A stretch of 54,249 nucleotides of DNA from Catajapyx aquilonaris. Lineage: Eukaryota. How positions within the stretch are numbered: position 1 is the stretch's first letter; each line of letters starts with the position of its first letter. Of the stretch, positions 24,413 to 36,825 are shown piece by piece. The position numbers and the translations under genes were made by a program. The notes under the pieces were generated by a model, which saw only the letters and a list, made by a program, of their open reading frames with translations, ran no database searches and was not told where the DNA came from. The stretch is from the NCBI GenBank assembly GCA_000934665.2, contig JYFJ02002604.1, positions 1 to 54,249 of the forward strand. Reading direction: 5' to 3'.

Positions 24413-24526
24413 TTGCTGGGTCCCTTTACTTCTATCGGAGCACGACCGCTGGATTGCAAGATTGCTGGTCCTGTGGCTGGCCACGACCTTCCTGCTCATA
24501 GGCATAGCCGAGACGTCAGGGAGCAT
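24413..24526 (-). CDS. Possible first coding exon of the phosphatase gene
   Basis: ATG at 24526, 38 codons, then CAA|gtatgc (phase 0); can join in frame to tag|TTT at 23373 (337 aa total); no homology support. Confidence 0.35.
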
Positions 24527-24986
24527 ATACTACCAAGAGCTACATGCGCAAGTTCCCGCTGAAAATTACGATTTTCCTAGTCATCAGCACGAAACGGAAA
24601 AGACGAGTGGAAGTATTCTCCCTTTTTTTTAAAAAAATAAATATGCCTAGCACACTTATGGCGTGTTCACAGAACTTCGCACTGTTCGCAAGTACTAGAA
24701 ATACATAGCCTATAAAATTATAAATCCCATGATCACTGGTATGGTATCGACGCGAGCAACTACCAAGTATCATTTTATGAAAGTATCGCCACCGCAACCC
24801 ACCATTATCGGCATTACGAAGCAGACGATACTGATAGTTGAGGAAGGCAAGCCAGGGCAAGCTGCGAAGTGTGGAGGACAGGTTACGTGGGATTGCTGAG
24901 GAGATAGGCCGTTGGCAGTCATAGTGCCTCCGGACGGGGAGATTCCTGTAGACCTGTACAGTCCGTAGAGCAAATACGCAGTGAAA
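24527..24986. promoter_or_regulatory. Probable bidirectional promoter / 5'UTR region between the phosphatase gene (-) and NEMF (+)
   Basis: Divergent gene arrangement; locally CpG-richer, no recognisable TE; DRE-like TATCGA near 24744. Confidence 0.5.
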
Positions 24987-25045
24987 ATGAAGACGAGATT
25001 CAGCACCTTCGACATTGTCAGCATGAATACGGAGTTGAGGGACAA
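24987..25045 (+). CDS. NEMF: NEMF (Rqc2/Caliban, ribosome quality control) exon 1
   Basis: ATG AAG ACG AGA TTC AGC = MKTRFSTFDIVSMNTELRD(K), the canonical NEMF N-terminus; AA|gtaagt donor, phase 2. Confidence 0.93.
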
Positions 25046-26298
25046 GTAAGTCATTGTTGCGATGGCTGCAGCTTTAGTAACGTAAGGGTTATTCACGCAC
25101 ATTTTTTGTGTACTGTACATGGAATTGGAGTACCCCAAACTACCCCCGGACTTATTTTAATGTGTGGATGGATTACCCCCAGTGCAAAACCTATCGTTTT
25201 TAATGATGTAGTTAACATTGCACCACTGCTGTCATGTTGTTGTGCAATCCAGTAGTTATTATGAACTGAAGTGCCACAAAATGGATGAGTCCACACCAAG
25301 TGGTTAGCAATGTCTGAATAGCTGGTGTACAGTGTCAAGAAGTAAATGGCCCGTAGCTGAGCAGTAACCACCAATATAAACAGGTGCATGCCAGGACGTG
25401 AAATTGGTAACTCCTTGCTCCACACATGCTGTCTTAAATAAGGTTTAAATATTTGACCACTCACTGGGATCACTAACCCAGCATCAAAGGGAAAAGAATG
25501 CTATTTAGTTATGGTACAATCCAGTTGTTCACCATGGGTTTAGGAGGTATATGCAGTGCTCAATCTCCCGTCTCCCGTCGTCTCCCCTGAAAAATCCTGC
25601 TTGGAAGAAGACAGTTGTTCCTAACATGCATACGAGATGCTTCAGATTGAGTTCTCATCCATGCATGTAATATATCTTGGGCACTGACTTTCACTCGCTC
25701 CTATTGCTACACCTTAAAATGTGGCAGTGAATTACAAACAGAGTTAGAAAGTCCATTTGATGCCCTTTCCTATAGTAGGTTTTTTTTTGTGATTTTATGG
25801 AAATCATGAAGGTGAGTTTACAGGGGTGAGGTCCACAAATTTCACCAACATAATGATGTTAGCTCAATTAAGACACCTGCAACATAATATGTAGGCTACA
25901 TACCTGCACCCCTCCACCAGTTTCAAACGTGAGGTAAAGTGCTTGGTAGTCGCTGAATTTTTCATGTTTGATTTATGAAAATAGTCAAGTGTACAATCAT
26001 TCTACAGTACTAGATAAAACAGAAGTGAATTTAGATGTGGAGGGGTGTAAATTACATGAATACCATGCGTTTCATAATTAATAATGTGTGTGTATTGGTT
26101 GAACTGTTGCTACTCTTCTGCATCAAGTTAGTATGCCTGAACTAGGGTAATTCCACACGGCAACAGAGACATGTTCCAAAATTGAAGTTGCTTATTGTGG
26201 GGTGGAGATGGCTTATTGAAAGCAGATCATTATGTCTTTATGTCACATAAAGTAGGCATAGCAATGTTCTGCTACCAGGTAGTAGCAGAACACTGGAA

Positions 26299-26556
26299 TA
26301 ATAATAATAATGGATACCCCGGGATAGGCCTCTTAGGGGATCATCTTTTAAATACTCGACTTTAATCATTGCCTGCGCTGTGATGGATTTTGATTGTGGG
26401 AGGAAACGGGAGAACGCCGAGAAAACCCACACGAACATGGAGAGAACCCATCGAAACTCTGTCCACATAAGTATCCTCCGTCAGACCCGGGGACCGAACT
26501 CGGGACCTCAGAGGTGGAAGGCTGTGGCGCTAACCACTCGGTCACCGTGTCGCCCT
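26299..26556 (-). mobile_element. tRNA-derived SINE family A, second copy
   Basis: Reverse complement aligns by eye with 95-350 across its length. Confidence 0.82.
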
Positions 26557-26889
26557 GAACCATGAAATAGTCAAGAGATAATAGTCGTAACTGACGCAAC
26601 TTTGGACTGTTTCTTGCGTCTGTTACGTTAATCCTAATTTCTCCTGAAAACATGAACATGAATAGGTGGGTCTAAAATAATCACAAAACTCCAGTGCAGA
26701 TTGCATATCAGTTGTAACATTACTTCTAAACACATTCAGCGCACAGGGTTTCACGTCACTACAGCACCCCCCAAGAGCTTGTCTTTTTCATGTTGCATCA
26801 GTTACATTACATTAATATTTTACAGAGTCCATTCAAGTTACTTTATAATTGATATTAGGGAGGTTGGCCCCGCATTACCTCTTCAACCT

Positions 26890-27072
26890 CCAAGGGTAGG
26901 GCAGGAAGGAAGCGGCTGTGGCCTATTATACGGAAGCGACCCAGGAATTATCCTAGGAAGACCATGGACAACCACAAAAAACCATGGTCAGGATTGTCAG
27001 CCCCGGGATTCGAACCCAGGACCTCCCAATTAGCAGTCGGATGCCTTATCTACCATGCCAGCCTGCTTCGGC
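26890..27072 (-). mobile_element. tRNA-derived SINE family B, second copy
   Basis: ggaagcggctgtggccta...gggattcgaacccaggacctccc shared with 3200-3388. Confidence 0.7.
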
Positions 27073-27986
27073 CATCCAAGTTACTGTCGCAAAACAATTA
27101 AAATATGGCAATAAGCTACCAGGAGGGAGCCACATGGGAATAATTGTAAATTCCTTTTCCATTAACATTTGCCATTGCAATAAATATGAGTACATAAGCA
27201 TAAATCCTGTCCAGGTGTTGCGTCAGTTATGGTCGAATTGCCCACTACCTAATTTTAGTCAGCCAGAAGAACAAACTGATCGTGCATTACTCCCGTCCAG
27301 GGCACTAAAAGGACTAGTGGTCATATTCAACCTTTCAACCAACACAGCTGTAAGCTTAATTATGAAACACATGGTATATCTGAGTTACCAGGTCTGACCT
27401 CACAAGTTAAAACCCTGTAGCTTCGAAAATCACGTGATTGGAGATAAATGCACCATTGCACTCCTCTTTGCAAGCCACACCTTAAGATACGAAGCTCGTA
27501 ACTGTAGGAGCAACCCTTGCAAAGTTATGGCCAATTTAAATCATACTCTTTCATATACCGTCAAACAGGGGGGAGATTGTGCCACTTTTGGAGGTTTTCC
27601 TTGCAAGCAAACCAGAGTAATTGATATATCAGAACCAATATTTCATACAACATTGCTGCACATCTCACCTTTCAGATCATATGTGAAAGTAATTTTTATA
27701 TACTAAGGGAGGGGAGATATAGATATTCTTTTCCGTGCCACAATTTCACCCCGTCATTTGGGTGAGATTGGGCCACCCTATTTAAATGCTTGAAATAAAT
27801 AGAAAACGAGTCATGGGCATACTGTCCGTACAAATTAGCATCTTTAATATGCGAAGAAAATATTTTTGAAGCATGGTGCAATTAGTTTAAAAAGTGAAGG
27901 TGACGAGGCGAGATTGTGCCACTGTTTTTCCCAGTTTTCCCCCATTATTTTCATGATTTTCATGTGTGATAGTGATGGGAAAGGTT

Positions 27987-28357
27987 TTCTTTTTAATTTT
28001 ATTTTTTTATTTTTTAACGTTACCCCATGATAAGGCGGAGCCTTTTTAGGGGGGTAGCACACCACCATCAGTTTTTTTTTGTATATCATTATACTTTTCT
28101 TCATTCACCGGTGCAAGGAATCAAGGATATTGGGTAAGGATAGGGATTTTCGGGGAGGGAACATGGGTGCAAGGGCAGTGTCTGAAAAGGGGTCATGTGC
28201 TGTTCCCCAGGAGGTTAGGTTGCCAGACACCTCCAAGGTGCAGGTCAGAGACCCTCCCTGACGCAGGTGAAAGGAAAACTCCCCAGGCAGGGATCGAACC
28301 TGGGGCCTTTCACTCAGCAAGCCGAGACGTTACCATCTCGGCCATCTACACCTCCCT
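27987..28357 (-). mobile_element. SINE family C with 17-bp TSD
   Basis: TSD TAGTGATGGGAAAGGTT at 27970-27986 and 28358-28374; A-rich tail. Confidence 0.9.
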
Positions 28358-29247
28358 TAGTGATGGGAAAGGTTGACGTGAAGAAGATCGCTCGGAAGCT
28401 TTGGCAGAAATTATGGCTAACATGCTGCGATGAAAAAAAGAGTAGATAGTTGGATGTGAGCAAAGCGATCAGACGAGGAGTACTGCAGCTAGCGCCACGG
28501 GGACAAAAGAGAACATCGAACATAATCGAATTGGAGCATGAACTGGACAATAAAATCAGATGGTCTATGTCCACAAAAATCAAACTGGGTGGAGGAAGGG
28601 AAAAATTAATATAAATGCATTTTTGCATGATTTTGAGCTCGTGACTCGGACAGATCATGCTGTCAATCTAAACAATGTGTTTTATCAAGATGAATGAATT
28701 CAGGGGTGTCCATGAAGTGCTTTTAAACATCATGTGATTTGTAACTTAGCATTTTTATTGACGGCTTGCCTCATGACGGGGAAGAAACACCTTTGTTCGC
28801 CACAACCCATGTAAAACAGTCCATCACCTTCAGTCTTACCAGTAATACCGTCAAACTGAGTGAGATGGTGCCACATTTTGAGGGGTTTCTTACGAGCAAA
28901 CCATAATAATTGATCTATTGGAACGAAATTTATATGCAACATTATTCCTGCACCAACTGCAATGTCACATAAAACCACCCACACACCACCCATAATACAA
29001 CTGAAAAATAATTGGGCAGAGTAGCCTTCTCATGGTATGTTCCCACGAAATGGCTAAATAACTATGAATGTGATTAGGAATGGACTATATTAAGTGTGTC
29101 GTGGAGAACAAAGACGGTTTCTTCCCCGTCATGAGGCAATTCGTCAATAAAAATGACAAGTTATGAATCCAGTGATGCTTACAAGCACTTCAAGGACACC
29201 TCCATCCCTTCCTTCACCTTCATAAAACACACTGTTTATAGTCACAT

Positions 29248-29372
29248 CAAGGGGTTAGCAACTCCACAAAAAAGTGTACACCAAACCTCCCGGTTCCACC
29301 CGGTTCCAGGCTGGTTCCACCTGGTTCCTTGACCAGTGTGTACACCGGTTCCAGGGAGTTGCTAACCCCTTG
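29248..29372. mobile_element. 125-bp MITE with CAAG termini and 8-bp TSD
   Basis: TIR CAAGGGGTTAGCAACTCC; TSD AGTCACAT; internal GGTTCC repeats. Confidence 0.9.
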
Positions 29373-30440
29373 AGTCACATGACATGCATGATCTGACCAA
29401 GTCACTGGCTCAAAATTATGAAAAAATGCCATTGCATAAATTTTTCCCTTCGAAAGAGGTGGCCGTATGTGGGCCATCAGATTTTTATTTGTCAGTACCT
29501 CTGTCGCAGTCGGTTCGATCAGGTTCGATGTTCTCTTTCGTCGCCACGACTAGTGAAGCTGGTTGCAGTATTATTTTTGTTACATCCAATTATCTACTCT
29601 TTTTTTCATTGCAGAATGTTAGACTTGATTTCCCCCAAAGCCTCCCACCGATCTTCTTCAGGTAAACTCCTCTCATTACTGTCACACATGAAAATCAGTG
29701 AAATAATTGGAAAAAACAGTGACACAATCTCTCCTCGTCACGTCCCCCTTTTTCATTCATTGGGTCATAGCTCAAAAACAAATGCAGATTTAAAAACCAT
29801 CAACTTGTATTTACTACCTTCATTAATGCGGTTATCAAAAGATTAGCTTACCTGGTAACGAGAAGCAACCTACTACTCACGGCAACCAACACTATACCAC
29901 CAAGTGCAAAATCAAAATTTCAGCCATAATTTATTTTACAGTCCTTATAGCAACAAATCGCCAATTCTCTTCAGGATGGAATATGCCTAATTTCGCTAGT
30001 GTATGCCTCCTGTCAGTAGGGTGCGTTGTTGTCCCAAAAAACGCGCTGGCACAATCATTCCCTGCATGGCACAATCTCCCCCCATTTGACGGTATGCTAA
30101 TGGAAACAAAAAACTTCAAACATGAATATCTCGAAATGACAAAAAGCTGAGATACAGGGTTTTGACTTGGGCCATCAGAGGTTGGCGCCCTGATTTAAAT
30201 AGATAGTAGACTGCATATGCTGCACTTGCCATTTGCTCTACTTTTTATAGGAGTGCTGACTTGAGCCTCCTGTGGGTTGAACTTATCTTCAGGTTTGACA
30301 GCTGCTTACTTCTGATATTTGTATTCTTACTACATACCTTTATTGGAACCAAATGACCATGTCAAGTTTTGAGATGCAATTCTACAACTGGTTCTCCAAA
30401 GTATGTGAACTTTTAAGTTCTTTTCTCATTTCTTTTGCAG

Positions 30441-30612
30441 GCTGACTGGGATGAGGGTCTATCAAGTGTATGATATTGACCACAAGACTTACCTCATCCG
30501 GCTCCAGAGGAGTGAGGAAAAGGTTGTGCTCCTTATTGAGTCAGGGGTCAGATACCACACCACAGCTTTTGAGTGGCCAAAAAATCCTGCCCCTTCTGGA
30601 TTCACCATGAAG
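30441..30612 (+). CDS. NEMF: NEMF exon 2
   Basis: ttgcag|[22 protein letters not shown]...[28 protein letters not shown]|gtaatt. Confidence 0.96.
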
Positions 30613-30833
30613 GTAATTATCAGTAATTACAAACACATAAGTGCAACTTCCTAGCATGGCAATTTAAAATACAGGTACGCCTTGTCTTACGACTCTTTGT
30701 TTTATGACTTTTTACATTAACTCAGGTTTCAAATTCACCGTAATTTTTTTTTAATTTGAAAATTTTAACGAATTTGATAATAACATAACAATCTACACAT
30801 ACATATATCACTGCAGCTCGCATCACACAACAC

Positions 30834-32880
30834 CAGTGGTTACCAAACTGTGCTCCACGGAGCCTTTGGCTTTGGGGCTCCGCCAAGCTCCACAAAGCCC
30901 CACAAAGGGCTCCACAGAAGCATTGAAAATAACTGGCCAATTTTTCAAAAAAATTGTTCACTTGCCCACCTGGCCATAAGTTCAATGGCACCTAAATTTG
31001 CAGGTTATTGGACAGATTTTTCACCGCAAATGGCATTTTATGGAACAACTGCATCAATGTATGCACAGCTGGACCGAAGACAAAGACTGGCCAGAGCTCT
31101 CACCTGAATGAAAGAAAAATCAAAGGAGTGCAACAGTAGTCACTGTGCCTTAGCTGTTAAAAAATGCCTTCCTCTTTAAAAAGTTCTGGACGAGGCTGTA
31201 CAAATTGTTATAAATTGCAGAAGAGTCCCAGCCTCTGAAATCCAGGCTGTTCCTCGGGCTGTTCAGAATTTTGTGTGATGATATGGGGAGTCTTCATAAG
31301 TCCTTGCTTCCTGCCTTCCTCACACAGAAGTGGGGTGGCTGTCTTGAGGAAAAGCATTTACACGTTTGATGTGGTTGCAGAATGAAGTAGCCTACAATCA
31401 TTTTAAATGGATCCTTAATTTGGCTGACTTATTGACTGATGAAGAGTGATCCTGCAAGCACTTGTATTTAGCAGATATTTTTGCCAAGATAAATGAAATG
31501 AATTTTTGTCTGCAAGGCTGTACGGCTCTTATGGTTTTTGATGCAAGAGACAGAGTGCGCTCATTTAAAATAAAACTGCAGTTCTCGACCGAAATTCATT
31601 GAGGGTGGCAGCCTTTAGTATTTTCCACTTATGAAAGAGCTACAATAAGAAGAACGTCAGTCGGAGGCACCAGAAGGTGTGTTGGGTGACATTCGCGAGC
31701 ACCTCTACGATGTCTGAGGGATTCCTTTGAGAATTAATCTTTTCCAAGAGCCAGGGAGGTAACACTGAAGGAGCATGGCTGGGTGGGTGATCAGTCCATT
31801 TCCTGTTATTAAAAACCAACCTGCCTGACATCAACTGAATACGAATGCCTCATAGGCATTACTGTAGTCAAGACACCACCTTGAAAATACCAGGGCCATT
31901 CCAAAATGATTTGCAATTTATTAATTTTTTGCCTCAAGTCAGGACCCATGCAGGTCAGCAGAATGATAGTGCCATTATCAATCGAACCCTCCTAGAGCCG
32001 AATCATGCACTGGCATCACAGGTACAGTGTTGGGCATTAATCGCGTCATACTGCTAGCGACATTTTCCGAAGCGGCAGAAGAACGAATCATGCTCGTATC
32101 CATTGCTATCCATTGCTTCGATTTGTTCTTCTACCGCTTCGGAAAATGTCACTAGCAGTATGACGCGATTAATGTCCAACACTGTATGTCAACCTCTCCA
32201 GGCCCTCCAGGAACCACTTTTGGTGGTGCGGCGCACACACACTTGGACAACTGCTTGCAATCAACAACTGTAAACAATGTCCTCCAAATGGCATCAGCGA
32301 GGTTTTTTTTTGTCATGAACACGGTTTTGAGTGCTTTTACACCTGCCGTACTCCCCCGGCTTGGCCCGTGATGTTCACCTGTTTGGAGACATGACAAAAC
32401 TTTGCCGATGCCATTTTGAGGACATTGTTGACTGCACACAGTTGTCCGGGAGTGGATGCAACTCACCACCAAAAAGTGGTTCCTGGAGGCCTGGAGATGT
32501 TGCCACACCCGTGAAACCCATTCCTTTGGCTCAAGGAGGGTTCTATCAATAATGTGTGCCTATGTGCCAACCTGCAAGGGCCCTGTATAAATCAATTGTA
32601 AATCATTTTGGAATGGCCCTCATATATCTCCTTCAATTCCTCGCAATGTAAGTCTTATTCAGAATTTAGGCCCAGTTTAAAAGACGAATTTTAACTACTG
32701 GCGGATTTAAAAAAATTAATTTTCTTTTTGCCACCATTTATTTGTGTGCATCGGGATTTTCTGCCTACGCAGGAGCCGCTTCGACACTGAACATGGAATT
32801 TTTATGCAGCTCTCCGTAAAATTAGACATCGCCAAACTATGCAAAACTAAACAACCCCCTTCACCTCAGTAGGTTGTGTA
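30834..32880 (+). mobile_element. Decayed hAT (Buster/ZBED5-like) transposon with nested MITEs
   Basis: CAGTGGTTACCAAACTGTGCTCC terminus; remnants VLDEAVQIV, LCDDMGSLHKSLL, HTEV.WLS.GK, YLADIFAKINEMN, FATIYLCASGFS. Confidence 0.8.
32025..32184. mobile_element. Hairpin MITE, TA TSD, nested in a mariner-type element (~31890-32621)
   Basis: TA|CAGTGTTGG(g)CATTAATCGCGTCATACTGCTAG...|TA; outer IR AGGGCCATTCCAAAATGATTT. Confidence 0.82.
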
Positions 32881-33346
32881 AAAAAACCGAATTGAAATAT
32901 AAGTTGTGCTTTTTTGTTCTGTATCTGCTGTTTATGACTATTGCGTCATGCAAAAAGATTGATATGATTTTTCATTGAAACCAAATGCAAAATCATATCC
33001 AGCGATATGCACAGTAGGCTACAGTACAATACATGTAGGCTCTACCTAATAACACATAGAAAGTGAAAAATTGTCTGGGGCTCCCTTGTCAAATTCTTTC
33101 TAAAAATGTATCAAAAACATTTCGGATATTAAATTTTTTATTAGCCAAAATGTATCGCTAGTTTTTAAGATTTTTACTTCAAGTCATGGACACCATCACA
33201 ACACATGCATGCACATTTTTAAAGGACATACTTCACGTGTCATTATAGTGATGAAATGGAAAAATGCACAATATTTCGACACCTAACTTCGCGATTTATT
33301 TTCACTACTTTGCTTCGCAATTTTTTGTGAATAAGTAACTCGAATC

Positions 33347-33677
33347 GTGGGAGGTGTGGTGGCCGTGATGGTAACGTCATGGCTTGCTGAGTGAAAGGCC
33401 CAGGTTCGATCCCCGCCTGGGGAACTTTCCTTTCACCTGCATCAGGAGGGTCTCTGACCTGCACCAAGGAGGTGTCTGGCAACCTAACCTCCTGGGGAAC
33501 AGCACATGACCCCTTTACCGACATTGCACTTGCACCAATGTTCCCTCCCCAAAAATCCCTACCCCTACCCTACATCCTTGACTCCTTGCACCGGTGTATG
33601 AAGTTAAACGGAGAGAAAATGGTGGTATCCCACCCCCCCTAAAAAGGCTAAGCCTTATCACGGGGTTAAAAAAAAAA
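33347..33677 (+). mobile_element. SINE family C with 14-bp TSD
   Basis: TSD AAGTAACTCGAATC at 33333-33346 and 33678-33691; poly(A) tail. Confidence 0.9.
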
Positions 33678-33744
33678 AAGTAACTCGAATCCAGGTAGTT
33701 ACAGTGAAGAGCACTCCAAAATTTTTTGTGACGTTACAGGAATA

Positions 33745-34332
33745 CAGGGTGTTTCAGAGTCACGGGTCAAGCGCGCGCGAGGGGGTGGGGAAAAATCGTA
33801 TGTGGCAACTACCCGAGTCTGTTTTATAAAACAATTAGAAATACGGGAGTAATCAATTTATTTATTACGGCCGTATGGCGTGACGTCACATCCTCCTTTC
33901 TGTTCGAACTGAGTGGCGAGGACTGGCAAATGCAAGGTAAATGCATTGGGTTGAACCTGGTTGAACGGGTTTTTAGCCTTGCGGGTTGCACTGAAAAAGG
34001 CGCATTCATGCTACACCGGCAGGGTACTGAACACACCACTGTACAATACACTACTTTGTTCAGTCCCCTTCAGAGCGCCTTTTTCAGTGCAACCCGCAAG
34101 GCTAAAAACCCGTCAACCAGGTTCAACCCAATGCATTTACCTTGCATTTGCCAGTCCTCGCCACTCAGTTCGAACAGAAAGTAGGATGTGACTTCACGCC
34201 GTACGGCCGTAATAAATAAATTGATTACTCCCGTATTTCTAATTGCTTTATAAAACCGACTCCGGTAGTTGCCACCTACAATTTTTCCCCACCCCCTCGC
34301 GCGCGCTTGACCCGTGACTCTGAAACACCCTG
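33745..34332. mobile_element. Tc1/mariner-type MITE with ~260-bp near-perfect TIRs
   Basis: TA|CAGGGTGTTTCAGAGTCACGGG...CCCGTGACTCTGAAACACCCTG|TA; ~70-bp spacer. Confidence 0.92.
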
Positions 34333-34851
34333 TATATTAGCAAGCGCACAATGACATGCAAAATAAAATGTCAACTGATACCACTTCTTATGGCTGCTGC
34401 GGTCTGGGTTTCCTCATAAGCTGCTAATTTTTAAGCAGTGACTTTTAGAATGAATCAACATTAGTAGCTGCCAGTACTGGAGTATATTTGAGGGATGGTT
34501 GCACTGGTTCCGCGCCAGAAAGTGCGAAACAACTAGATACAAGTTGTGAAAATAATTCCCCCACCTCCTTGATGCAACAGATTTTGTACTTTGTGGGTGG
34601 ATTGCAAAGATGTGGCCTGTTTAAGCCTCGATCTAACTGAGCCGTGGCTTAAACTCCGTCTTTGCAATCCACCGTGTGGGGTTTATGTTTCTCTTCTCAT
34701 TGTCATCAATTTCTGCCTAGGCATGTAACATGACAATGCCTGAGGTGGCCAACAAAGTGCAGTTGGATGAACAATATTTTTTGGCTGACGTTTAGGTGAA
34801 GCCAAAATGCAACATGAGCATCTCCTTGCTGTGCTCACAGTTCATTTAGTG

Positions 34852-35017
34852 CAATGGTTCCCAACCTTTTTTGGGTCGCGACCCCATTTTATGTAACCTG
34901 CGAACCATTTTTAACATTTTAAAAACAATTGTAGTATTTTTTTAATTTATAAAAATTACCGTGGCCACCCGCAACCCCCCGGAAAAGGCTTCGCGACCTC
35001 CAGGTTGGGAACCGCTG
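34852..35017. mobile_element. hAT (Charlie/Buster-type) MITE
   Basis: CAATGGTTCCCAACC / GGTTGGGAACCGCTG; 8-bp TSD ATTTAGTG (nnnTAnnn). Confidence 0.88.
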
Positions 35018-35353
35018 ATTTAGTGCATTGAATGTTGAAAATTCAATCTTTAATGTTAGATAATATTAAATTTAAAGTGACAAGACCACATCTTGGATAT
35101 TGTTGGGTTTACTTGAATGAGCCTGCTATTAAATAGCAGGCTCATTCACAATCAAGGTTGCAACCAGTGCAAAATTGGATTTATCCCCTTCGTGCACCAA
35201 GCCCTTCAATTTATTGTGGTTTGGAATGATCACATTTCGATTTGATGCTAAATATCTTCTGTAAGTTTTGAGATTACTGGATCAAATGCCAAGTGGTTTT
35301 AGTATCAGCATTGGCTGAAAATGCCTGTATAACATGCTATTCCTTTTTTTCAG

Positions 35354-36825
35354 CTGAGAAAGCATCTCAAGAATCGCCGCCTAGAGAGTGTTGGCCAGGT
35401 GGGTGTAGACCGTATCCTGGATCTCCAATTTGGTTCTGGGGAGGCAGCTTATCACCTGATTGTGGAACTGTATGATCGGGGAAACATTGCTCTCACTGAC
35501 CACAACTATACAGTGCTAAACATTTTGCGTGCACGAACTGACAAAGAATCAGAAGATGTGAAGTATGCTGTCAGAGAGAAATATCCTTTAGAGCATGCAA
35601 AACAGAGCTTGGAAATCCCATCAGAGGATGCCATGAGGAAGATCCTTCTTGAAGCAAAGGAAGGAGATGGCTTGAAGAAGATTCTTATACCACACCTTGA
35701 GTTTGGCCCAGCTCTTATTGAGCATGTGTTGTTGAAGCAGTTTCCTGCTGGGTGTAAAATTGGGAATGATTTTGACACAGTACGTGATATGGGCCAGCTT
35801 ATGGATGCTCTGAAGGAGGCAGAGTCAGCCATGACTCAAGCATCACAGGTTGTGTCCAAAGGATTTGTGATACAACGATGTGAAAAGCGACCACCACTGG
35901 AAGATTTACTAACCTTTCAAGAGTTTCATCCTATGTTATTCAGGCAGCATGCAACACAGTCACATGTGGAATTTGCCTCATTTGATGAATCAGTTGATGA
36001 GTTCTTTTCGCGTGCTGAGGGTCAAAAGCTAGATTTACGTGTCGTTCAACGTGAGCGAGAAGCTGCCAAAAAGCTGGAAAATGTCAAAAAAGACCACATC
36101 AAACGTCTAGAGGGTTTGCAGAAGACACAACGGGAGGACCGACGCAAGGCTCAGTTGATTGAAACCAATTTGCAGTTGGTTGAAGATGCAGTGTTGGTTG
36201 TACGTAGTGCACTTGCAAACCAGCTGTCTTGGAGGGAGATATGGGAAATGATAATGGAGGCACAACGGGAATCTGATCCTGTTGCAACCCGTATTAAAGC
36301 TCTAAAGCTAGAAATCAACCACATCACAATGGCATTGAGTGTTACAGATGATGATGAATATAGTGGGAGTGATGATGAAGCAATCAATAAGCCAACCTTA
36401 GTAGACATCAACTTAGACCTGTCAGCATATGCAAATGCACGACGTTATTATGACGAGAAGCGCATGGCTGTTCGCAAGGAACAGAAGACATTAGAATCAC
36501 AGGCAAAAGCATATAAATCTGCCGAGAAGAGGACGAGGCAAACTCTAAAAGAAGCTCAAGCCATAGCCACCATATGCAAGGCGAGGAAGGTGCTGTGGTT
36601 TGAGAAATTCTTTTGGTTTGTGAGCTCAGAGAACTATTTGGTTATCGGTGGAAGGGACCAGCAGCAAAATGAGATGATTGTGAAGCGCTACTTACACAAG
36701 GGTGATGTGTACGTGCATGCTGATATTCATGGTGCTAGCAGCATTGTGGTAAAAAATCCCAATGCTAACTCTCCTGTCTCACCGAAGACCCTCAACGAGG
36801 CAGGTGTTATGGCTGTTTGCTACAG
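35354..36825 (+). CDS. NEMF: NEMF exon 3 (NFACT-N, coiled coil, NFACT-R)
   Basis: ttcag|LRKHLKNRRLE..GVDRILDLQFG..HLIVELYDRGN..WFEKFFWFVSSENYLVIGGRDQQQNE..YVHADIHGASS; AG|gtcagc. Confidence 0.97.

Larger units (their letters stand above)
27700..29825. mobile_element. Old foldback element with long diverged inverted arms, interrupted by a SINE and a MITE
   Basis: 27893-27986 ~ rc 29664-29748; 28375-28680 ~ rc 29380-29665; 28700-28806 ~ rc 29098-29200. Confidence 0.7.

Noticed and set aside
24351..24632. Small membrane-protein ORF on + strand
   Set aside because: Non-ATG start, no recognisable homology, antisense to the candidate phosphatase exon 1
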